From NCBI GenBank assembly GCA_945865545.1, contig CAMBEQ010000007.1, positions 196-64,195 of the forward strand: 64,000 nucleotides of DNA, in the 5' to 3' direction. The notes below the pieces were generated by a model, which was given only the letters and a program-made list of their open reading frames with translations, was not told the DNA's origin and searched no databases. Positions 58,028 to 64,000 of this stretch are shown here, piece after piece (the stretch's first letter is position 1; each line of letters starts with the position of its first letter). Origin of the DNA: Sediminibacterium ginsengisoli (GTDB taxonomy: Bacteria; Bacteroidota; Bacteroidia; Chitinophagales; Chitinophagaceae). The translations under genes were made by a program, and so were the position numbers.

Positions 58028-58993
58028 TTAATAAATTGGATTGGACCGCCATTGATAGGCCGATTCAATAATAGCTTCTAAAGAAAAAGTGGGCTGCCAT
58101 TGAATGATTTGATTTGCTTTTTCATTAGAAGCAATGAGCGAGGAAGGGTCGCCTGGTCTTTTTTCTACCAAGCTAAAATTAATTTTTTTGCCAATAATTT
58201 TTTCCGTAGCCTGAATTATTTCCATAACAGAATAGCCTTTACTTGTTCCTAAATTAATCATTTGATTCCATTTTTCAATGGGCGCCTCCATCGCTAATAA
58301 ATGGGCATTGGCTATGTCGGAAACATGTATATAATCACGAACGCCTGTGCCGTCTTGGGTGTCAAAATTATTTCCATATACAAATAATTGTTCCCTTGCA
58401 CCAATGGCGGTATCTATGGCCAATGGAATAAGATGCGACTCACAGGGCCTAGATTCTCCATGAGTAGCTGTGGCCCCTGCTGCACAGAAATACCTAAAAA
58501 TAAAATACTGCAAGCCAAATGAATGGACACAATCTTGAATAATTTGCTCATCAAATAATTTAGACCAGCCATAGGGATTAACAGGCACCAATGGATGCAG
58601 TTCGGTGATGGGAGAAAATTGCGGGTTGCCATATACCGCCGCTGTGGATGAAAATATTATTTTTTTAACCCCATACTTTTCCATTTTATTTAGAAGTGTA
58701 ATGGTTCCAGAAACATTATTCTCGTAATAATTTAAGGGATGAATGACAGAATCTGGAACATTGGCAGAGGCAGCCAAATGAATAACAAGTTCAATTTGAT
58801 GTACTGAAAATATTTGATCTAAAATTTGTTCCTCCCCATAGTTAGATTCAAAAAATAAAGTATCTGGCATGAGCGCAGCCTTTTTGCCATCTCGCAAATC
58901 ATCAATGATAATTAATTGATGCCCTAATTGGTGTAATTGTTCACTAACTACACTACCAATATAGCCAGCTCCTCCAGTAATGAGTATTTTCAT
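58028..58993 (-). CDS. galE: UDP-glucose 4-epimerase-like SDR
   Basis: TGGAGYIGS, HLAA...VPDSV..PL.YY.NN, SSTAAVYG, NPYGWSK, DGTGVRDYIHV, RPGDP. Confidence 0.85.
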   Translation of the reverse strand: MKILITGGAGYIGSVVSEQLHQLGHQLIIIDDLRDGKKAALMPDTLFFESNYGEEQILDQIFSVHQIELVIHLAASANVPDSVIHPLNYYENNVSGTITLLNKMEKYGVKKIIFSSTAAVYGNPQFSPITELHPLVPVNPYGWSKLFDEQIIQDCVHSFGLQYFIFRYFCAAGATATHGESRPCESHLIPLAIDTAIGAREQLFVYGNNFDTQDGTGVRDYIHVSDIANAHLLAMEAPIEKWNQMINLGTSKGYSVMEIIQATEKIIGKKINFSLVEKRPGDPSSLIASNEKANQIIQWQPTFSLEAIIESAYQWRSNPIY

Positions 58994-58999
58994 AAGAAA

Positions 59000-59581
59000 T
59001 TATAAACCGCCAAAAGCTTCCTTGGTTAGCCTTTCACGTAATTCAAGGACTATTAAATGAAATATTACAGTATGTATACTCTCCACCGTACACATTTCAT
59101 TGAGTGGCACATGCACATTAAAATCGGCGGCTAGTTTTAAAGCACCACCATCAAATCCAGTTATACCAATCACAAAAATATTTTTTTGTTTTGCAGCAGC
59201 CACCGCCTCCATTATATTTTTGCTATTACCCGATCCACTAATACAAACTAACAAGTCTCCATTTTTTGCAAAAGAATTAAGCTGAGCGCTAAATATTTTT
59301 TCATACCCATCATCATTGGCTATAGCTGAAATATGCGCAATATTATCCGTTAAACTTAGTGCTTTTATGGTTTTAGCTACTGGTTTATTAAAGAAGATGC
59401 CCTTGGTGATATCTTGCGCAAAATGAGAAGCATTGGCCGCACTTCCTCCATTTCCAATGACAAAAATTGTTTTTTCACCCTCATAAGCAGCTGTTAAATG
59501 ATCGGCAAACTGACTAAGTACCTTTGGATCTAAATTCCCAATACAATTTTGAACCCCATGTAAATATTTTGATATATCCAT
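59000..59581 (-). CDS. gmhA: Phosphoheptose isomerase (SIS domain)
   Basis: GNGGSAANASH, SAIAND.GY, ISGSGNS.NI, TGFDGG, VESIH. Confidence 0.87.
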   Translation of the reverse strand: MDISKYLHGVQNCIGNLDPKVLSQFADHLTAAYEGEKTIFVIGNGGSAANASHFAQDITKGIFFNKPVAKTIKALSLTDNIAHISAIANDDGYEKIFSAQLNSFAKNGDLLVCISGSGNSKNIMEAVAAAKQKNIFVIGITGFDGGALKLAADFNVHVPLNEMCTVESIHTVIFHLIVLELRERLTKEAFGGL

Positions 59582-59589
59582 ATTAGCCT

Positions 59590-59597
59590 CAAAATTA
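59590..59597 (-). promoter_or_regulatory. Candidate -7 promoter element (TAATTTTG) for the heptose cassette
   Basis: TAnnTTTG match 8 nt upstream of the gmhA ATG, in the divergent intergenic region. Confidence 0.35.
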
Positions 59598-59688
59598 AGA
59601 TATAATAAGATTAAAAGAACTTTAAAATAGGATGATTTCTATGAAAATGGATTTATTTTGCAGATATAATTAATACCTTTCCCGATAT

Positions 59689-60828
59689 ATGCATATCCTT
59701 TTTTTACATAGTTCTTCGGACTTATATGGTGCTAGTAAAATTCTGCTTGCCGTAACCAAGCTTTGCAAGGATAAAAACCATAGAATTACGGTGGTGCTTT
59801 CAGAAAAAGGCGAGCTCTCGGACAAATTAATTGAACTTGGTTGTGAGGTATTGATTATTGACCTGTCTATTTTAAGAAGACAATACTTCAATTTTAATGG
59901 GATAGTCAATAGGGCTTGGGGTTTATTGAAAGCTTACAATAAACTTAAGCATATATGTCAATTGGAAAAAGTAGAACTAATTTATTCTAATACCACCGGG
60001 GTAATTGCTGGGGTTTTGGTTGCTTCAAAATTAAAGATTCCACACATTTGGCATATTCATGAAATTATTGAAAAACCTACCTTATTATTTAGATTGCTGA
60101 GTGCTTTATTAAATAAAAAAATAAATCGTTGTTTGGTCGTTTCCGAAGCAGTAAAAAATCATTGGGCCAAATATGTCAAGAAATCAAAAATGACTGTTTT
60201 GTATAATGGAGTAGATTATTGGTTATTTGAGGATAAAAAAACCACATTTAGAGTGGAACAAAATATTTCAGATGAGGCAATAGTCATTGGTATGATGGGT
60301 CGTGTACACTATTGGAAAGGCCAGGATTACTTTTTAAGAATTGCAGGACAATTAAATCAACAATTTTCAAAACTGGTTTTTGTACTAGTGGGTGATGCCT
60401 TTCCCGGATATGAATACTTATATGATAATTTAGATAAAATTATTCTTGAAGAGAAATTAGAGGGTGTCGTAAGACAAGTAAATTATCGATCTGATATACA
60501 AAATATTTACAACGCTTTAAATATTTTTATTCTTCCTTCTCAATTGCCTGATCCAGCACCCGCAGTAGTTACAGAGGCCATGGCTGCTGGCTTGCCCGTA
60601 ATAGTGACCAACCAAGGTGGTGCTATTGAAATGATTGAAGAAGGAGTCTCGGGCATTATAATTCCTTTAAATGATGCAGCAACTGCTGCAAATAAAATTG
60701 CTTATCTAATTCAACACGAACAGATTAGAATTAAAATGGGGGCTGCAGCAAAAACAAGAATCAAACAATATTTTTCTAGAGAAAATTTTAATGTACAAAT
60801 AATTAATTTCATTGAACAAAAACAATAA
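59689..60828 (+). CDS. Glycosyltransferase family 4
   Basis: DLYGAS, WHIHE, GRVHYWKGQ, FILPS..PDP...VVTEAMAAGLPV, GGAIE. Confidence 0.92.
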   Translation: MHILFLHSSSDLYGASKILLAVTKLCKDKNHRITVVLSEKGELSDKLIELGCEVLIIDLSILRRQYFNFNGIVNRAWGLLKAYNKLKHICQLEKVELIYSNTTGVIAGVLVASKLKIPHIWHIHEIIEKPTLLFRLLSALLNKKINRCLVVSEAVKNHWAKYVKKSKMTVLYNGVDYWLFEDKKTTFRVEQNISDEAIVIGMMGRVHYWKGQDYFLRIAGQLNQQFSKLVFVLVGDAFPGYEYLYDNLDKIILEEKLEGVVRQVNYRSDIQNIYNALNIFILPSQLPDPAPAVVTEAMAAGLPVIVTNQGGAIEMIEEGVSGIIIPLNDAATAANKIAYLIQHEQIRIKMGAAAKTRIKQYFSRENFNVQIINFIEQKQ

Positions 60829-61957
60829 CCATACCATTACCATTTCAATTATTGGATCAAGGGGATATCCAATAGTATATAGTGGGTATGAAACTTTTAT
60901 TAAAGAAGTAGCGGAGCGTTTAGTTGCATCTGACATTAAAGTACGCGTTTATTGTCATAAAAATTTATTTAAAGACAGGCCTAAAAAAATCAATGGCATT
61001 GAGCTGGTTTATATTCCAACGATAGAAACAAAAATTCTGAGCCAGTTTGTGCATTCCTTTTTTTCAATGTTACATGCCTGTTTTAGTAATTCAGATATTA
61101 TTTTAGCTGTGAATGCAGCCAATGGTCCTTGGGGTTTAATTTCAAAAATATTCCAAAAAAAAACAGCTATCAATGTAGATGGCATGGAATGGTTAAGGCC
61201 TAAATGGAGGGGATTGGGTGCTCGTTATTTTAAAATGGCAGCCTGGTTGGCCACTCGTTTATATGACTGTATTATTACAGATGCAGAAGCCATGAGGCAG
61301 GTGTATTTAGAAGAATTTAATACAGATTCAACCGTTATTGCCTATGGCGCAAATATAAAATACAGTGAAAATCAATCACTTATAACAAATTTGGGGCTTA
61401 TTACACAGGATTATTACCTAATTGTAGGTAGGTTGATACCCGACAACAATGCCGACCTTATTGTAGCAGGTTATTTGGCGTCAAATTCAGGTAAAAAATT
61501 GGTCATTGTTGGAGATGTTCCCTACCAGGACCAGTATGCAGAAGCAATGAAAGCCAATGCTAGTGAAAATATTGTGTTTTTAGGCTACGTGACGGACCAA
61601 AATGTACTAGCAGAATTATACCATCATTGCTATGCTTATATACATGGCCACGAATTTGGCGGAACCAATCCTACTATGCTTAAAGCCATGGCTTATGGTT
61701 GTGCCATTATTGCTTTAAATACAGTTTTTAACCAAGAAATGTTACAAGAGGGTAAATTTGGACAATTTTTTGAAAAAACTCCAGCCTCTGTTGCCTTATC
61801 TTTGCAGCAAGCGGAGCAGCCCCATAACTGCATGGCAAAACTGAGATCTAATGCAAGAAACGGGCTCACCAATAAATACAATTGGGACGAAGTGTCAAAT
61901 GCATATATTAAAGTGTTTAAAGAATTATTAATCAATGGCAAACCCCAAATCACATAA
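60812..61957 (+). CDS. Glycosyltransferase family 4 with DUF1972-type N-terminus (WchF-like)
   Basis: IGSRGYP..YSGYETF, NVDGMEW.RPKW, VGRLIPDNN, HGHEFGGTNP.MLKAM. Confidence 0.9.
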   Translation: MNKNNNHTITISIIGSRGYPIVYSGYETFIKEVAERLVASDIKVRVYCHKNLFKDRPKKINGIELVYIPTIETKILSQFVHSFFSMLHACFSNSDIILAVNAANGPWGLISKIFQKKTAINVDGMEWLRPKWRGLGARYFKMAAWLATRLYDCIITDAEAMRQVYLEEFNTDSTVIAYGANIKYSENQSLITNLGLITQDYYLIVGRLIPDNNADLIVAGYLASNSGKKLVIVGDVPYQDQYAEAMKANASENIVFLGYVTDQNVLAELYHHCYAYIHGHEFGGTNPTMLKAMAYGCAIIALNTVFNQEMLQEGKFGQFFEKTPASVALSLQQAEQPHNCMAKLRSNARNGLTNKYNWDEVSNAYIKVFKELLINGKPQIT

Positions 61958-63341
61958 ATACGTTTTACTAAGATATATTTTTGACGCACCCATTGTTTTT
62001 TGTTCTTATTTATTGGCTCTTTATTTTTCTGGAATCATCGCTTCATCAGAAAATAATTCTAACAACTACCTTTTTACTTTTGTTGTACTTGCAGTTTGGT
62101 ACACTGCAGCTTCTTTTTCTAGATTATATGCAGATAGGCGTTCCAATAAATTTTCTGAAGAGATTATTTTTATTATTTATAGCCTCATCTTATTTGCTAT
62201 TTTACTAAGTTCAATATCATTTTTTTCAAGATCCTTTATAAAATTTACGAGCGAGTTTTTCTTTTTTTTACTTTGTGCTCTATTTATTTTACAAACCATA
62301 GAAAAATACATTATTCGAAAATTATTGCATGCGGCAATTTTTCAAGGGGGCTTATATGATAATATTTTGATTGTTGGGGCAACTAGCTCCGCATTAGATT
62401 TTTTAGATACCATTCACAGATACTATTATTATGGATATAAGTGTATTGGTTTTTTAGATGATGAGAAAAAAGAACTTAATGAAACTGAATACTTAGGTAA
62501 AATTGACAATTTACCGAATATATTAAAACAAGGAACGGTAGACGAAGTAATGATCGCTTTGGATAGTTTTAATAGTCAACAAATTCAAAGTTGTATTGAG
62601 GTATGTGATTACTACCGCATCAAAGCAAGAATTGTTCCAAATGTGCAACAATATGCAGGGGCCAGTGGCCAAGTAAATAATATTGGATTACTGCCTGTAA
62701 TTAATATTAGATCCTTGCCTTTAGATAAGCAAGAAAATAAAATACTTAAACGAATTTTTGACATTCTATTTTCATTGCTATTTTTTATCATCTTAGGATG
62801 GTGGTTGCTTCCAATAATTGCATTGGCCGTAAAAATAACTTCAAAAGGGCCAGCCATTTTTAAACAAGAGCGTTGGGGTTTAAATAATAAAAAAATTACT
62901 TGCTATAAATTTCGAACCATGCTAGCTAAAGAGCATGATGTAGATAACAATGGGTATTATCAACAAGCTACACGTAACGATCCTAGAGTGACCAAATTAG
63001 GTGCCTTTATGCGCAGTACGAATATGGATGAGCTCCCTCAATTTTGGAATGTATTAATAGGCAATATGAGCGTTGTAGGACCAAGGCCCCACCCCACTCC
63101 ATTGAATATTGAATCTATGCATACCATTGAAAATTATATGTTAAGACATATTGTTACACCCGGTATTACAGGCTGGGCGCAGGTAAACGGCGCAAGAGGG
63201 GAAACCAAAGAAACAGGTTCGATGCAAAAGAGGATCAATTTTGATTTGTATTATATACACCGATGGACTTTTTGGCTGGACAGTCAAATTATTTTGCAAA
63301 CCATTATTAATATTTTTAGGAGAGACCAAAATGCCTACTAA
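61935..63341 (+). CDS. wcaJ: Undecaprenyl-phosphate glucose-1-phosphate transferase (WcaJ family)
   Basis: Four N-terminal TM segments, CoA-binding-like domain, KRIFD, FKQER.G, KFRTM, DELPQFWNV, GPRPH, PGITGWAQVNG.RGET. Confidence 0.9.
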   Translation: MANPKSHKYVLLRYIFDAPIVFCSYLLALYFSGIIASSENNSNNYLFTFVVLAVWYTAASFSRLYADRRSNKFSEEIIFIIYSLILFAILLSSISFFSRSFIKFTSEFFFFLLCALFILQTIEKYIIRKLLHAAIFQGGLYDNILIVGATSSALDFLDTIHRYYYYGYKCIGFLDDEKKELNETEYLGKIDNLPNILKQGTVDEVMIALDSFNSQQIQSCIEVCDYYRIKARIVPNVQQYAGASGQVNNIGLLPVINIRSLPLDKQENKILKRIFDILFSLLFFIILGWWLLPIIALAVKITSKGPAIFKQERWGLNNKKITCYKFRTMLAKEHDVDNNGYYQQATRNDPRVTKLGAFMRSTNMDELPQFWNVLIGNMSVVGPRPHPTPLNIESMHTIENYMLRHIVTPGITGWAQVNGARGETKETGSMQKRINFDLYYIHRWTFWLDSQIILQTIINIFRRDQNAY

Positions 63342-63348
63342 ATTTTAT

Positions 63349-64000
63349 ATGAAAAATATTTTACTTTTTACTTCAATTTTTTTATTTAGCTTTTTAATTA
63401 AATTAGAGGCGCAAGAAGTATATGAAAATCATCGTGCTGAGATTTATAACTATCTATCAAGAATGGCTCAAAAAGGGATCATTGATTTCGAAGATCATAT
63501 TAGACCTTTAACTAGAACCTACCTAAATACTTGTTTAGACAGTGTTAATGCCAATAGAAATAAATTAAGTCCAATTGAAAAAGAGGAATTGATTTTTTAT
63601 AGGCAAGAGTATAATACAATTAATAAAAATGAAAAAGTACAAGCCAATCAAGTTCAATTTTTAAAGAAAGATAGGGCAGGAAGATGGCGTAGTCTATTTG
63701 CAGAAAATGCCAACGCGAGCATTTATCTTGAGCCTGTTTTATCAGGGGCCCTAGTAGAAGGGACTCATACAAGTTATAAGCAACAAAGTTCTGGATTTCG
63801 TTTTTTTGGTACTGCTGGTAAACATTTTAGTTATCAGTTTTTTGCAAATGACGTTAATTTAGAAGGAAAGGGTTACGATACAACAAGATTAAATTCCAGC
63901 GAGACTGGTTTTGTTAGAAAAGATACTTCAAAGTATAGAAGTTTAAATTATTCAGAGTTTAGAGGAAGTATTAATTATAGTTTCAAAAATGGAAGTATTA
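63349..64000 (+). CDS. Secreted / outer-membrane protein, 5' part only (capsule-assembly Wzi-like context)
   Basis: Absent from the ORF track because it is open at the window end. No stop in MKNILLFTSIFLFSFLIKLEA-QEVYENHRAEIYNYLSRMAQKG...; signal peptide. Alternative in-frame ATG at 63331. Confidence 0.65.
   Translation, partial: MKNILLFTSIFLFSFLIKLEAQEVYENHRAEIYNYLSRMAQKGIIDFEDHIRPLTRTYLNTCLDSVNANRNKLSPIEKEELIFYRQEYNTINKNEKVQANQVQFLKKDRAGRWRSLFAENANASIYLEPVLSGALVEGTHTSYKQQSSGFRFFGTAGKHFSYQFFANDVNLEGKGYDTTRLNSSETGFVRKDTSKYRSLNYSEFRGSINYSFKNGSI

Noticed and set aside
1593-63329. About 30 short opposite-strand ORFs in the track (e.g. 11537-11890, 16505-16915, 38388-38666, 44476-44742, 55963-56292, 61693-61989)
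   Set aside because: All lie antisense within confidently assigned genes, have no recognisable motif and show the Ser/Ile/Leu/Phe bias of shadow frames.
1-64000. rRNA, tRNA, CRISPR arrays, IS elements, integrases, upxY/upxZ, manB/manC, rmlABCD
   Set aside because: None recognised; the window is almost fully occupied by assigned CDSs and the gaps are too short or lack the signatures.

Overview
The whole 64 kb is a surface-polysaccharide super-locus. The SLBB export protein, Wzz, the leader motifs and TAnnTTTG promoter elements suggest a Bacteroidota host (inference). No rRNA, tRNA, CRISPR array, transposase or recombinase was recognised. Minus strand, in direction of transcription: (i) lipoprotein-wzx-GT-GT (52.3-48.4 kb); (ii) export protein-Wzz-CapD (48.0-42.4 kb); (iii) wHTH/nucleotidyltransferase gene, methyltransferase, gmd, a dead fcl and a complete pseudaminic acid pathway (pseB,C,F,G,I,H). 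The pse genes run directly into an ACP / KAS III / Rieske oxygenase / SDR / KAS III / methyltransferase / CMAH-like cassette (42.2-26.9 kb). (iv) wzm-wzt, split transketolase, UXS-like SDR, ColC/ColD-like pair, NUDIX, GT-methyltransferase fusions, sugar C-methyltransferase, KpsS-like transferase, an EpsG/Wzy polymerase, several GTs and an initiating phosphoglycosyl transferase (26.4-0.1 kb). A second, mostly plus-strand EPS cluster (52.4-64 kb; Wzy/ligase-like protein, GTs, WcaJ, partial outer-membrane protein) is interrupted by an inverted GDP-heptose cassette (gmhA, galE, hddA, hddC). Lead hypothesis: a pathway that puts an ACP-built, oxidised and possibly methylated N-acyl chain on pseudaminic acid, and includes a bacterial CMP-sialic-acid-hydroxylase-like protein. 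Also notable: two copies of an ops-like leader element (hairpin + GGCGAAGCC), branched-sugar modules, and five gene scars missed or only partly caught by the ORF track. All product calls come from motif recognition; no database search was run.
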